Positions 1-10,457 are shown, numbered from the stretch's first letter. The stretch: 56,183 nt of DNA from Candidatus Heimdallarchaeota archaeon (GCA_019056785.1 DXJV01000061.1:1-56183); one strand, 5' to 3'. Translations and numbers: made by a program. Notes: generated from the sequence alone by a model not told the origin.

Positions 1-1454
1 AAAACACTGACCTCGAGTAAACTATTACCCATCAAACGATTGCTACCGTGGGTTCCACCGGTAACTTCGCCAGCAGCATAAAGATTAGGAACAGGGGTCT
101 CAGCATTTGCATTGATCTTTAAACCACCATTTTGGTAGTGCAATGTTGGATAAATAAGCATTGGATCTTGAGTAATATCAATACCATAGCGACCGAATTG
201 CTTCACCATTGCAGAGAAGTTTTTCTCAATAGTTCCTTCGCCATGAATGATATCGATTAATGGTGAGTCAAGCCACAAGCCGCGTTGCCCAGTAGGAGTG
301 ATGATCCCGTTATCTCGACCAACACATTCTCGAATAATCAAACTTGCTTCTACGTCACGTGTCTCTAATGGGAAGCAGAATTGTTCACCATCTTTATTGA
401 CCACTTGCGCGCCTTTTCCACGTATTTTTTCGGTAACTAATAAGCCGACAATTTGCTCGGGGAAAGCTGCACCCGTAGGATGATATTGCACTGACTTCAA
501 AAGTCTGAGAGGAACACCTGCACGATAGCCCATAACACAACCATCGAAGGTAGCACCGTAATGATTTGTCGTTGGAAAACCTTGAATGTGCAATCGACCA
601 AAACCACCTGTTGTAAGAATAGTGGTTTTTGAGCGGACAATAATGTATTCTTGGGTATCAAGATTCAAAAGAACGGCACCGGCAACTTGCCCTTTATCAT
701 CTTTAATCAATTCGGCTGCAGGACTAAACTCGAGAATTTTAACCCCACTATTAAAGACTGCATCTCGAAGAGTGCGCATGATTTCTAATCCAGTATAATC
801 TTTTGCAAAATGCATACGCATACGAGAAGTTCCACCACCATGGATAGCATCCATTGTGCCGTCTGGGAATTTATCAAACATCATCCCGAGTTCTTCATAC
901 CACTTCAACATAAAAGGAGCATCTGATACTAACCGTTTGACAAGCGCGGGATCATTCTCATAATGTCCCCCACCCACAACATCAACGTAATGAATTGCAG
1001 GACTATCATTTTCATGGACAGCGGCCTGAATACCTCCTTGAGCCATCGTAGTGTTAGCATCTCCCATGCGCAACTTGGTGGCAATGATAATATTTTCAGG
1101 CTTTACACCACTTTTCATAGCCCAGAGAGCAGCGTTTGCTCCGGCACCGCCACCACCCACAATAAGAACATCAGTATCAAAGTCAATTTTTGTCAAGTCG
1201 ATGTCTTTGGGGTTAATAATGGATTTTGTTTCGATAACTCGTGCAACTTCAAGGGGAACAACTTCTCCTTTTGAAACACCAAATCGTAATTTGGTTTTTT
1301 GTTCTTTGATAAAATCTGGATGGTATTTGCTTAAAACATCATCAATTTCATCAGGAGAGCATTGATCAAAGACTTCTTTTGCACGGCGATCGCGAGTTTT
1401 TTCAACTTTATTTATAGATTCTCTCATGTAATCTGGATAAGGATCTTTTGTCAT
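1..1454 (-). CDS. tfrA: Soluble fumarate reductase/succinate dehydrogenase-family flavoprotein (TfrA/FdrA-like); 3' end runs off the window; absent from the ORF track
   Basis: Manual translation from ATG at 1454 gives MTKDPYPDYMRESINKV..., FAD-binding DVLIVGGGGAG, GDANTTMAQGGI, QYHPTG, TEKIRG, ETRDV, HYQNGG, LYAAGE and HGSNRLMGNSL. Confidence 0.88.
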   Translation of the reverse strand, partial: MTKDPYPDYMRESINKVEKTRDRRAKEVFDQCSPDEIDDVLSKYHPDFIKEQKTKLRFGVSKGEVVPLEVARVIETKSIINPKDIDLTKIDFDTDVLIVGGGGAGANAALWAMKSGVKPENIIIATKLRMGDANTTMAQGGIQAAVHENDSPAIHYVDVVGGGHYENDPALVKRLVSDAPFMLKWYEELGMMFDKFPDGTMDAIHGGGTSRMRMHFAKDYTGLEIMRTLRDAVFNSGVKILEFSPAAELIKDDKGQVAGAVLLNLDTQEYIIVRSKTTILTTGGFGRLHIQGFPTTNHYGATFDGCVMGYRAGVPLRLLKSVQYHPTGAAFPEQIVGLLVTEKIRGKGAQVVNKDGEQFCFPLETRDVEASLIIRECVGRDNGIITPTGQRGLWLDSPLIDIIHGEGTIEKNFSAMVKQFGRYGIDITQDPMLIYPTLHYQNGGLKINANAETPVPNLYAAGEVTGGTHGSNRLMGNSLLEVSV

Positions 1455-1466
1455 TTTTCTTTAACC

Positions 1467-2141
1467 TCACCGTTTGACTTCTTCACGCACACGCGCAGCG
1501 TATAGCTCCACAAGCTTTTGCTTGCTGGCTTTTGTGAGTTTGCTTAGTTCATCTTCGAATTTACCTTGCTCAATTTCTTTCACGCGTTTTTCTAATTGCT
1601 TATATTTTGGAGCGATGTACTTTCCGTAAAGGCGTCTTGCAAGAATGCCAACATTAAATTGAGTGATTTCAGCTGGGCAACGTGTTGCACATAACCCACA
1701 CATAATGCAATCAAAACTTAACTCAGCCGCTTTTGCAATATCGCCTCGCAAGGCAGCTTGGACGTAATCCATTACTTGGATGTCTTGCGGACAGGCTTTG
1801 GTGCAAGTGTTACAAGAAATACAACGAGCAACTTCAGGATAAAGTTCAAGGATTGTATTGGGTTGTGCCTTTAAGCTGTCGATATTGTAGCTTTTCTTAT
1901 TAGCAGGGCTAATAGGGATTTGAGCAATGATCATACCATCCTCTACTTTGGTTGCGCAAGCCAATCCTGTGTAGAGTTTATGGTCGCCTTTCATTCGGTA
2001 GATTGTACTACAGGCTCCACAAAAACCTCCTCGACAACCAACGCCTCGTTTTAGTCTCCAACCAAGATATTCGAGAGCTTTCATTATCGTCAGATTACTT
2101 GGAACCTTATATTCAGTATTTGCAACAATTATTCTTGCCAT
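1467..2141 (-). CDS. tfrB: Fumarate reductase iron-sulfur subunit (2Fe-2S plus 2x4Fe-4S; TfrB N-terminal/FdrB-like, no CCG domain)
   Basis: GCRGGFCGAC...LAC 2Fe-2S motif; CISCNTCTKACP and CIMCGLCATRCP; adjacent to the flavoprotein. Confidence 0.8.
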   Translation of the reverse strand: MARIIVANTEYKVPSNLTIMKALEYLGWRLKRGVGCRGGFCGACSTIYRMKGDHKLYTGLACATKVEDGMIIAQIPISPANKKSYNIDSLKAQPNTILELYPEVARCISCNTCTKACPQDIQVMDYVQAALRGDIAKAAELSFDCIMCGLCATRCPAEITQFNVGILARRLYGKYIAPKYKQLEKRVKEIEQGKFEDELSKLTKASKQKLVELYAARVREEVKR

Positions 2142-2184
2142 TTCTTGTTTTATTTCTGTTGTTTCAGTAGTCGTTTAAACCACC

Positions 2185-3105
2185 TCACTTTGCAATTTTT
2201 GCAGCAACCTTTTTCTTTTCACGAATAAGGCCGCGCTTTTTTAAAATGGGAACAGGGTCGACGTAATGATCTTGGAAACCCAATTTTTTATAATCAACCC
2301 CCATGGCTAATGCCATTAATTGAGTGAAATAAACGATAGGAACTTTATGGAATGCTGGATTTAATGCTTTCACCTCTTTTTGCCGCCTATCAAGATTGAA
2401 TTGACAGAGAGGGCAAGAAACCATTATAATATCAGCAGAACGTTTTTGCATCGAACCAACTATTTTATTCGTTCGATCTGCCACGAGATGTTTGTCTTTA
2501 ACAGTAAGATAAGACCCACAGCACTCTGTCATGTATGGGTCTTCCACGGGCTCTCCACCTAATGCAAAGATTAGTTCAGAGAGAATGGAAGGATGTTCAA
2601 TGTTTTCATCAATAGAGATCTCTCGTGGACGTAAAAGCGTACAACCATAATATGGAGCAATTTTCAAGCCTTTCAAAGGATTTGTTACTTTTTCCTTTAC
2701 AGCCTGGAATTTTACCCGCTTAACCAAAAGATCAAGGAGATGAAGGACAGTAACATTTCCCTCATAGTCAGGCTCTTTATACATGAAGGCATTCAACCGG
2801 TCGGCTTTCTCTTTATCACTTTTAAAGAGGTCATTTGCACGAGCAAGAGTGTTATAGCACATTGAACAGATGGTGACAACTTCATCAAAACCATTTTCGA
2901 GCGTACGAATCATATTGCGAATAGGGGCCAGTTGACTATAGAGGTTATCATCGGCCAAGCCATATACAGTGCCACAACAATTCCAGCGGTCGAGTTCAAC
3001 GAGTTCAATACCCAGCTCTTTCATCACAATTCGAGCTGTTGAATCCATGTACTTTGCATAGGATTTTGCTGTGCATCCGGGATAGTAAGCAATTTTCTCA
3101 GTCAT
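2185..3105 (-). CDS. hdrB: Heterodisulfide reductase subunit B
   Basis: Two CCG domains: YYPGC...WNCCG...CSMC and YYGC...ECCG...CPLC. Confidence 0.93.
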   Translation of the reverse strand: MTEKIAYYPGCTAKSYAKYMDSTARIVMKELGIELVELDRWNCCGTVYGLADDNLYSQLAPIRNMIRTLENGFDEVVTICSMCYNTLARANDLFKSDKEKADRLNAFMYKEPDYEGNVTVLHLLDLLVKRVKFQAVKEKVTNPLKGLKIAPYYGCTLLRPREISIDENIEHPSILSELIFALGGEPVEDPYMTECCGSYLTVKDKHLVADRTNKIVGSMQKRSADIIMVSCPLCQFNLDRRQKEVKALNPAFHKVPIVYFTQLMALAMGVDYKKLGFQDHYVDPVPILKKRGLIREKKKVAAKIAK

Positions 3106-3125
3106 ATCTTCTTCATCCCATTTTA

Positions 3126-3542
3126 TTATTGTGTTTGTTTCTTGAAGCTGCTAACAAATGCTATTTGTGGGATCTCCTTCAAGTCATCTTCTTCCAGAGA
3201 GTCCAAAGTAAGATAACTCTGCTTCGAACGGAGGACTATCTCTCGAAGCGCCTCCATTACCTTGGCAATGTCAATCCCTTTTGGGCAGCGCGTGCTACAG
3301 ACAAGACAAGTCGAACAAATCCAGAAGGTGTTTGCATGTAAAACAGACTCATCACCCAGCTGAATTTTGTGCATCACTTGATTAGGTAAGAGATCCATTG
3401 CTCCTGCTTCTGGACAACCACCAGAACATTCGCCACATTGATAGCATTTAATTACAGCATTACCTGCCAATTCTATGACCTTTTCTCTGAATTGGATGTT
3501 TTTCTTCGACTTTGTTAATTTCACAAAGGCCATTTTTTTCAC
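3126..3542 (-). CDS. hdrC: Heterodisulfide reductase subunit C
   Basis: CYQCGECSGGCP and WICSTCLVCSTRCP; directly upstream of hdrB. Confidence 0.92.
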   Translation of the reverse strand: MKKMAFVKLTKSKKNIQFREKVIELAGNAVIKCYQCGECSGGCPEAGAMDLLPNQVMHKIQLGDESVLHANTFWICSTCLVCSTRCPKGIDIAKVMEALREIVLRSKQSYLTLDSLEEDDLKEIPQIAFVSSFKKQTQ

Positions 3543-3552
3543 TCCAATTTTT

Positions 3553-4068
3553 TTAGGTTATTTTTTCTTTAATTTCATTTTCAACTAATGCAACCGCTTT
3601 CGGGACAGCATTAGCAACTTTTTCTGTAAGTTCTTCACTAAAAGCATCAAACTTTTCAATTTCAATCCCAATAATTACTACCTCTTCAGGTAGGAGTTCT
3701 GCTCCAAGCTTTTCTTTTAATATGTCATAGGCAGTAGCTAAGTTGCAGTCATGAGCACAATACATGCGTTTTGTCGTCATAAAGTCAACGATAGTCAGTC
3801 GGTGAACTTCGCCAGGTGTACCGTTCTCTAAAGCCAAAGCATCGATCATTATTACTTTCTCGTATCCTACAAAGCGTTCTGCTAAGCTTAAGCCGCCTGT
3901 GTCATATTCATCAAATTCGAGCATTGGGGCATCAGCATATTTCTCCTTTAACACACGCAAAACATGGATGCCAACTCCATCATCACTTAGGATGGGGTTA
4001 CCAACACCCAAAACAAGCCATCGTTTGCTTGCCGTTTTGAATTGTGTTAAAGAAGAATATCCTGTCAT
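3553..4068 (-). CDS. [NiFe]-hydrogenase maturation endopeptidase
   Basis: LGVGNPILSDDGVG, IDA and AHD motifs; overlaps the mvhA stop. Confidence 0.92.
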   Translation of the reverse strand: MTGYSSLTQFKTASKRWLVLGVGNPILSDDGVGIHVLRVLKEKYADAPMLEFDEYDTGGLSLAERFVGYEKVIMIDALALENGTPGEVHRLTIVDFMTTKRMYCAHDCNLATAYDILKEKLGAELLPEEVVIIGIEIEKFDAFSEELTEKVANAVPKAVALVENEIKEKIT

Positions 4069-5522
4069 TTTCTTTTAACCACATCTTTTAAGGTGCGTTT
4101 TTTATCGTAGATTTTTATCTCGAGAGGAAGACTGCCATGAGGCGTATGAGTTGAACATGCAAGACATGGATCGTAGGAACGAAATGCCATTTCAACCATA
4201 TTCAACATTGCTTCATTTTCGTAGTTACCATTTCGAATGACTTGTCGAGCTGCTTCTCGCACACTAATATTGATAGGAGCGATATTGTGAGTTGTAGCAA
4301 CAATAAGGTTGACTTTTTGAATGATACCATTTTCATCGGCAGTATAATCATGAATTAGTGTCCCACGAGGGGCTTCGACTGCAGCAACACCTCTGCCGCC
4401 AACCTCCTGAGGAATAACACGATAGTCTTTGTTAGTTATATATGGTTTTTTGGCCAACTCAATAATAAGCTCAGCAGCATTCAGCATTTCTACTAAACGA
4501 ACCCAATTTGAAACTTGTTGTAAGTGAATTGGGCGACCAATCTGTTCGATAATTTTCTTTTGGGCTTCTCTTGCAAGTGGGGTCGAATATTCTGCAATGT
4601 TAAATCGAGCAAGAGGTCCAACACTGTAAACACCACTATCTGCACCACTTTTGAGACCGGTCCAACCAATCTTTCGTACAAACGTTTGTTTTGCGGTCAC
4701 CCAAGGTTCGGTGTGTTCGCCTATGTGCTCATAATAGACTTTCGGGTCAAATCGATCTATTTCCTTTCCTTCAGGGTTAACAATGACAGCCGTCCCACCA
4801 TAGTAATCAATTTCTCCTTTGTCATTGACTGTTGCTAAATAATTATACTCGTTTTTGTAAATGTTCCCAACAACGAGATCTTTTATTTTCTTTTTAGCAA
4901 TGATGTCGTCAAATAATTCCAGAGACTTTTGAGAGAATTCAACCAAAGCTTCAGCACGTTGAATGATCTCTTTTCGTTTCTCTTCAGTTAAACCTATAGA
5001 GACACCACCAGCAATAGCCGTAATAGGATGGATCGATTTTCCGCCGAGAATTTGCTGGATTATGTGTGAATGATTCCGTGCTTCCAAAACTTTGACAGTT
5101 AAGTCTTTGTCCGCACGCAATAGTCCCAACAAATTTCTTTCAGAGGGCTTTGCATCTGGTCCAAGAATAAAATCAGGACCAGCTAAAGCAAAGAAATGAG
5201 CAGAATGAGAATACCAGATATGAGCAGCCAGTCCCATTCTCCGGAGTTCTTCGCCCGTCTTTGTGGGTTGGGCATGAAAGATTTGATCGAGGACTTTTGC
5301 ACTGACAATATGATGGGGCCAGGGGCAGACACCACAAATACGAGAAACAATTCGTGGCATTTCTTCAGCGGGTCTCCCTTGGCAGAACTTTTCAAAACCT
5401 CGATATTCAGTGACTTGGAAGTAAGCATCCTCGGCATTACCTTTTTCATCAAGGAAAATAGATATTTTTGCTTCTCCTTCTAATCGTGATACTGGATTTA
5501 TTTCTATTACTTTTTTGGGCAT
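4065..5522 (-). CDS. mvhA: Group 3c [NiFe]-hydrogenase large subunit
   Basis: SRLEGE, RGFE, L1 RICGVC, EAPRG, L2 DPCLACSTH plus a cleavable C-terminal tail; ATG at 5522 preferred over TTG at 5540. Confidence 0.93.
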   Translation of the reverse strand: MPKKVIEINPVSRLEGEAKISIFLDEKGNAEDAYFQVTEYRGFEKFCQGRPAEEMPRIVSRICGVCPWPHHIVSAKVLDQIFHAQPTKTGEELRRMGLAAHIWYSHSAHFFALAGPDFILGPDAKPSERNLLGLLRADKDLTVKVLEARNHSHIIQQILGGKSIHPITAIAGGVSIGLTEEKRKEIIQRAEALVEFSQKSLELFDDIIAKKKIKDLVVGNIYKNEYNYLATVNDKGEIDYYGGTAVIVNPEGKEIDRFDPKVYYEHIGEHTEPWVTAKQTFVRKIGWTGLKSGADSGVYSVGPLARFNIAEYSTPLAREAQKKIIEQIGRPIHLQQVSNWVRLVEMLNAAELIIELAKKPYITNKDYRVIPQEVGGRGVAAVEAPRGTLIHDYTADENGIIQKVNLIVATTHNIAPINISVREAARQVIRNGNYENEAMLNMVEMAFRSYDPCLACSTHTPHGSLPLEIKIYDKKRTLKDVVKRK

Positions 5523-5541
5523 TTTCTTTTTTCCCTCCAAA

Positions 5542-6567
5542 TTATTTCGATTTAGAGCTCACATGTTTTACTTGTTTCTTAGCCATTTTCATTTGTTTCA
5601 TTATTTCAGGAACAGCAAATCGATAGAATGTTCCAAAGGGATCAACTACCTGGTCCATTAATGCTTTTAAGCCTTCTTCACCAAGCTCCCCTTCTTTCTT
5701 CGCACCTGCAATGGATGCAATGGCTGAAAGCATTTTAATGCCCGCATCATTTACTTCAGGAGCAGGACCAAAACAACCCCGACAAGGGACATTTGCATTC
5801 AAGGTGCATTTTGCACCACAACCAGAACGCGTTGCGGGGCCAAGGCAGATAATTCCTTGGGCAAGTAGGCATATTTCTGGGTCAGGGTCCACCTCATAAG
5901 GCCGAACGAATTTGTTAATGACTATTTCATCTGGTTTTGTTCGGCCACACTCTTCACATAAAGCAGTATTACCCGCAATGACCGTTCCTTTTGGTGGTAA
6001 TTCGCCTGTCTTGATGAATTTAGAGATGATATCAAGCAGAGTTTCCCATTGACCAGGAACAGGAGGGCAGCCGGGGACAAAATAATCAACTTCAACCTCA
6101 GTATCTAAAGGCAAGCAAGAATCGAGGAGCTTTGGTAAGGTCATCTTCCGCCCCTTTTTGTATTCAGATGTCGGTTGCATGTGATTTTGTCCAGAGTCAT
6201 CCATGTTATAGCCATGAACGTAATTCTCATCCAGGATCTCTTTAGCGCTATAAGAATTAGCCAGTTGAGGAATGCCACCAAAACAAGCACACGATCCATA
6301 GGCAATCATAATCTTACTTTTCTTTCTAAAGAGATGCGCTGTTTTGATGTGTTCAGAAGTTCGTATGGGACCATCGAAGAGGGTGATATCAATTTCGCCA
6401 TCTTTTAATTTTTCAACATCCTTTAGTTTGAAGTCTGCAGCAAATTGCCAGAACTGAAGATCAATTGCGTCTTCGAGAGGGATCAACATCTCGTTTAAGG
6501 CTACAATACTCATATCGCAACCACCACAATAAGAGCCAGCGGCAACAGCAAGTTTTATTTTAGTCAT
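5542..6567 (-). CDS. mvhG: Group 3c hydrogenase small subunit
   Basis: CGGC, AYGSCACFGGI, PGCPP, LCEEC, CLGPATRSGCGAKC, PCRGCFGP. Confidence 0.92.
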   Translation of the reverse strand: MTKIKLAVAAGSYCGGCDMSIVALNEMLIPLEDAIDLQFWQFAADFKLKDVEKLKDGEIDITLFDGPIRTSEHIKTAHLFRKKSKIMIAYGSCACFGGIPQLANSYSAKEILDENYVHGYNMDDSGQNHMQPTSEYKKGRKMTLPKLLDSCLPLDTEVEVDYFVPGCPPVPGQWETLLDIISKFIKTGELPPKGTVIAGNTALCEECGRTKPDEIVINKFVRPYEVDPDPEICLLAQGIICLGPATRSGCGAKCTLNANVPCRGCFGPAPEVNDAGIKMLSAIASIAGAKKEGELGEEGLKALMDQVVDPFGTFYRFAVPEIMKQMKMAKKQVKHVSSKSK

Positions 6568-7021
6568 TTGTTTTTTCCTCCTGAGTAACTCCTTTCAGTT
6601 TAGAACTACAGGGTGGGAGATGTTTCAATTTATTCACCATATCGTTTGTAACTGTAACTAGTTTCTTCGCTTCTGCAGTAGCAATCCATTCCACCCTGAT
6701 CCTCTCTTCCTCTATTCCCATTTCTTTTGCAAGTTTCTTTACCAGAATCATTCTTTTCAAAGTCTTATAATTACCAACAACATAATGGCATTCGCCGAGG
6801 TGGCAACCTGCAACAAGCACGCCGTCCGCACCTTCAGCAAAAGCATCAAAAATAAATTCTGGTTCAACACGCCCTGAGCAAGGTGTCATAATTGGAATGA
6901 AGTTAGGGGGATATTCCATTCGCGAGACACCGGCAATGTCTGCGGCTTTACTACTGCACCATTTGCAGAAAAAAGCAACAATTTTTGGTTTAGGGTTTAA
7001 GATTTCAGGCATTTTTTCCAC
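6560..7021 (-). CDS. mvhD: Hydrogenase/Hdr linker 2Fe-2S subunit
   Basis: FFCKWC, PCSGRV, GADGVLVAGCHLGECHY. Confidence 0.93.
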   Translation of the reverse strand: MEKMPEILNPKPKIVAFFCKWCSSKAADIAGVSRMEYPPNFIPIMTPCSGRVEPEFIFDAFAEGADGVLVAGCHLGECHYVVGNYKTLKRMILVKKLAKEMGIEEERIRVEWIATAEAKKLVTVTNDMVNKLKHLPPCSSKLKGVTQEEKTND

Positions 7022-7025
7022 ATCC

Positions 7026-9014
7026 TCATGTTGTTTCAGTTCTTAAGGCGGCTTTTATCATCTTTTCTAGTTGATCTGTTGAATAGTTCTTCAAACTTAA
7101 AGCACCGGTGGGGCAAGCACTAACACAGGTACCACAGCCCTCACAAAGAACTTCATTTACAACAGAAACATTGTTCTCGTTATCGAAGGAAAGTGCATCA
7201 TAGGGGCACAAGCCTTGGCACACTTTGCATCCAACGCAAACTTCGGAATTGACAGTTGCAACAATTGGTTCATGTTCCAATTTGGGTTTGGCTAAGATAG
7301 TCATTGCTTTTGATGCAGCAGCACTTCCTTGTGCAACGGATTCAGGGATGTCTTTTGGTGATAATGCAACACCTGCAATTAAGATTCCTTGGATATAACT
7401 TTCAACAGGACGAAGCTTCATGTGGCTTTCTTTATAGAAGCCATATTCATCTAAGCTGGCTTTGAGGACATTTGCAAGTTCCTTCGTACCTTTTGAAGGA
7501 ACAATTGCTGGAGCTAAAACAACCAAATCAGCTTCAACTTCCAAGCGTTCGCCAGTTAAAGTATTCGCCACCCAAAGTTTGGTTTTATCGCCATCGCGGA
7601 AAATTTTCGAGGGTTTACCACGAATATAAACCACACCCATCTCTTGAGCTCGTTGAATGAATTCTTCATACCCACGGCCCGCGGCACGAATGTCAATGTA
7701 AAAAACATACACCTCGGCATTTGGGTCTTTCTTTTTCATGAGCATGGCATGCTTCCCGGTATAGGTGCAACAAATTTTACTGCAATAAGCCATATGATGT
7801 TCGGGGTCACGACTACCGACACACTGAACAAAAACAACGGTTTCTGGTTTTTTGTGATCAGATGGTCGGAGAACTTTTCCATTAGTTGGCCCACCCACGT
7901 AAAGCATTCGTTCGAATTGAAGGCTATCAATCACGTCAACATCTGGGCCAAAGGCATATTCAGGAATTTTGTTAATATTATAGAGATCATAGCCGGTTGC
8001 AACGATAATGACTCCAAAAGTTCTTGTTATTATCTCCGGTTGCATGTCGTAATTAATTGCATTTTGTTCGCAAACGTCTTTACATTTTGAACAAACGAGA
8101 GGGTGAATCCCCAGACAGTTATCTGCATCTAAAACATAGGTACTCGGAACTGCTTGGGCGAATGGCAAGTAAATGGCTTTTCGAGGACCAATGCCACCAT
8201 CATATTCACTTGGAACAATAACGGGGCAGGCCTTTTCACACTCACCGCAAATATTACAGAGATCCGAATCGACATACCGAGGGGTTTTTTTGATATCGAC
8301 CGAAAAATTCCCAACAAAACCGCTAACATTAACAACTTCGGCAGTGGTAATTAATTCAATGTTTTTATGATGTGCCACGGCAGAAGTCTTTGGTGAGAGG
8401 ATACATTGTGAACAATCTAAAGTGGGAAAGGTAACAGAGAGTTGAGCCATGTGACCGCCGATATAGGGAGCGCGCTCAACAATGGTTACTTTGTACCCTG
8501 CATCTGCAAGATCAAGTGCTGCTTGAATGCCGGTGATGCCGCCACCGATGACCAAACAATCTTTATTAACATCGACAGAGATGGGGGTTAAAGATTCATT
8601 CTCAGCGACTTTTTCGACTTTTGTGCCAACAATTTTAATGGCTTTTTCCGTGCCTTCTTTAATGTCAGAATGAACCCAGCTACATTGTTCACGGATATTG
8701 GCAATTTCAACTTGATAAGGATTTAAACCCGACTTTTCAGCCAGAGAACGGAATGTTGCTTCATGCATGCTGGGAGAACAACAGGCACAAATAAAGGACT
8801 CGAGATTCTTCCCACGGATAGCATCTTGGATTTCTTTTTGCCCGGGCTCAGAGCAGAGGTAGTGGTTATCGGTACTAAAGACAACATCAGGGTATTCTTC
8901 TTTAATGGTTTTTGCAACCCGTTCAACATCAACAGTTTCAGCGATATTTTTACCGCAATGACAAACAAATACACCAATACGTTTTTTGGGCTTCTTGTTT
9001 TCAGGAGAGGGCAT
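7026..9014 (-). CDS. hdrA: Heterodisulfide reductase subunit A (electron-bifurcating flavoprotein)
   Basis: IGVFVCHCG, ANIREQCSW, VIGGGITG, TFPTLDC, QCVGSRD, YCSKICC and C-terminal ferredoxin motifs. Confidence 0.95.
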   Translation of the reverse strand: MPSPENKKPKKRIGVFVCHCGKNIAETVDVERVAKTIKEEYPDVVFSTDNHYLCSEPGQKEIQDAIRGKNLESFICACCSPSMHEATFRSLAEKSGLNPYQVEIANIREQCSWVHSDIKEGTEKAIKIVGTKVEKVAENESLTPISVDVNKDCLVIGGGITGIQAALDLADAGYKVTIVERAPYIGGHMAQLSVTFPTLDCSQCILSPKTSAVAHHKNIELITTAEVVNVSGFVGNFSVDIKKTPRYVDSDLCNICGECEKACPVIVPSEYDGGIGPRKAIYLPFAQAVPSTYVLDADNCLGIHPLVCSKCKDVCEQNAINYDMQPEIITRTFGVIIVATGYDLYNINKIPEYAFGPDVDVIDSLQFERMLYVGGPTNGKVLRPSDHKKPETVVFVQCVGSRDPEHHMAYCSKICCTYTGKHAMLMKKKDPNAEVYVFYIDIRAAGRGYEEFIQRAQEMGVVYIRGKPSKIFRDGDKTKLWVANTLTGERLEVEADLVVLAPAIVPSKGTKELANVLKASLDEYGFYKESHMKLRPVESYIQGILIAGVALSPKDIPESVAQGSAAASKAMTILAKPKLEHEPIVATVNSEVCVGCKVCQGLCPYDALSFDNENNVSVVNEVLCEGCGTCVSACPTGALSLKNYSTDQLEKMIKAALRTETT

Positions 9015-9581
9015 TTAAGAGGTAACCTCCAAAGGTTTTGCTTTTTGAGCGTATTTTACCCCCAACTTGAAAGCTTTCTCGTTTAAGGCTTTGAAACGAG
9101 GGGGGACCATACGCAAAGTAGATTTTAACAGAGTTTCTTTATCAATTAAATCATTCAACTCGGCAAAGAAGCCAAGCATGACAATATTTGCAACGATACG
9201 GCGACCCAGTTCTTTTTCGGCAATTGTAGTTGCAGGAAGCTTGTAGATCTTCCCAGCCTTTTTCATACGGTCATCAACCGGCACGAGATCTTCTTCATAG
9301 ATGAAGAGACCACCAGGACGGAGAGAGTCGATATATTTAGTATAGGCCTCTTTACTCATGCAAATGAAAACCTCAGGCTCAATAACGTAGGGATAGTCAA
9401 CAACATCATCGGAAACGACAATATTGCTGGCACTTGCGCCACCACGGCTTTCAGGACCGTAAGATTGAGTTGTGACGCTATGTCGATTGCCAAAAACCGA
9501 AAAGGCAGAGCCAAGAATCTTGCCCATAAGAGCAATTCCTTGACCGCCAAAACCACACAAACGAATTTCATGACGAGTCAT
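9015..9581 (-). CDS. korC: 2-oxoacid:ferredoxin oxidoreductase gamma subunit (2-oxoglutarate type)
   Basis: GFGGQG, SYGPESRGG, ANIVMLG. Confidence 0.88.
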   Translation of the reverse strand: MTRHEIRLCGFGGQGIALMGKILGSAFSVFGNRHSVTTQSYGPESRGGASASNIVVSDDVVDYPYVIEPEVFICMSKEAYTKYIDSLRPGGLFIYEEDLVPVDDRMKKAGKIYKLPATTIAEKELGRRIVANIVMLGFFAELNDLIDKETLLKSTLRMVPPRFKALNEKAFKLGVKYAQKAKPLEVTS

Positions 9582-9590
9582 TTAGTTCAC

Positions 9591-10457
9591 CTATTTGGGA
9601 GATGATTTTTGATGAACGCGTTCAACGCGATCCTCTAAAGTAGGCTGAATCGGTTTGTTAATGAATTTGCCGACAACAATATCTTGCCCCAAAACAATGG
9701 GAACTTCTTTGGGGTCAATGTTATGTTTAATAACAGTCTTTTCATTGAAATAACGAAGCATTTTAAGGCCGGTATCAAACTCATTTCGGCGACCAAAGGT
9801 GGTAGGACAAGCGGAAATAACTTCAATAAAGGAGAAACCAGGACGGAGGAGAGCCTCTTCAATGGATTCTTGAAGACGACGAACATTAAGAGAAGTCCAG
9901 CGAGCAACATAAGAAGCACCGGCAGAATAAACAAGATGACAGAGATTAAAAGGAGTCTCAACATTTCCATAAGGACTGGTAGAGGACCAAGAATTAGTGG
10001 GAGTAGTGGGCGCCAACTGACCGCCAGTCATGCCATATATAAAGTTATTGGCACAAATTACCGTTATATCTGCATTTCTTCTTGCGGCATGAATGATATG
10101 ATTTCCCCCAATTGCGAATAAGTCTCCATCTCCTGAGAAAACCACAACTTTCAAGTCTGGATTTGCTAAGGACAAGCCTATTGCGAATGGGATGGCTCTT
10201 CCATGTGTTGTATGGAAAACATCGAGATTGATATAACCCGATGCTCTTCCGGTACAGCCTATCCCCGATACTACGGCAATCTTTTTCGTGTCCAATCCAG
10301 ACTTTGCTACTGCCTGGACAAAACACGACAAAATACTCCCCAATCCACACCCGCTACACCACACATGTGGCAATCGATCTCGTCGAAGCAGGTCATCCAT
10401 TGGGTGCTTTTTTGCTTCTACTAGTTCATCTTTTACTTTGGTTTCAACTGAGGTCAT
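9591..10457 (-). CDS. korB: 2-oxoacid:ferredoxin oxidoreductase beta subunit (TPP-binding)
   Basis: WCSGCG, SGIGC, HTTHGRA, GDGD...GGNH, NNFIYGMTGGQ. Confidence 0.9.
   Translation of the reverse strand: MTSVETKVKDELVEAKKHPMDDLLRRDRLPHVWCSGCGLGSILSCFVQAVAKSGLDTKKIAVVSGIGCTGRASGYINLDVFHTTHGRAIPFAIGLSLANPDLKVVVFSGDGDLFAIGGNHIIHAARRNADITVICANNFIYGMTGGQLAPTTPTNSWSSTSPYGNVETPFNLCHLVYSAGASYVARWTSLNVRRLQESIEEALLRPGFSFIEVISACPTTFGRRNEFDTGLKMLRYFNEKTVIKHNIDPKEVPIVLGQDIVVGKFINKPIQPTLEDRVERVHQKSSPK

Noticed and set aside
247-1365. Four short plus-strand ORFs at the left edge
   Set aside because: Antisense to the fumarate reductase flavoprotein, which the track missed because it lacks a stop in the window
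4065-9014. Selenocysteine recoding in MvhA, MvhD or HdrA, as in some Asgard archaea and methanogens
   Set aside because: All relevant positions are Cys codons in uninterrupted frames; no in-frame TGA
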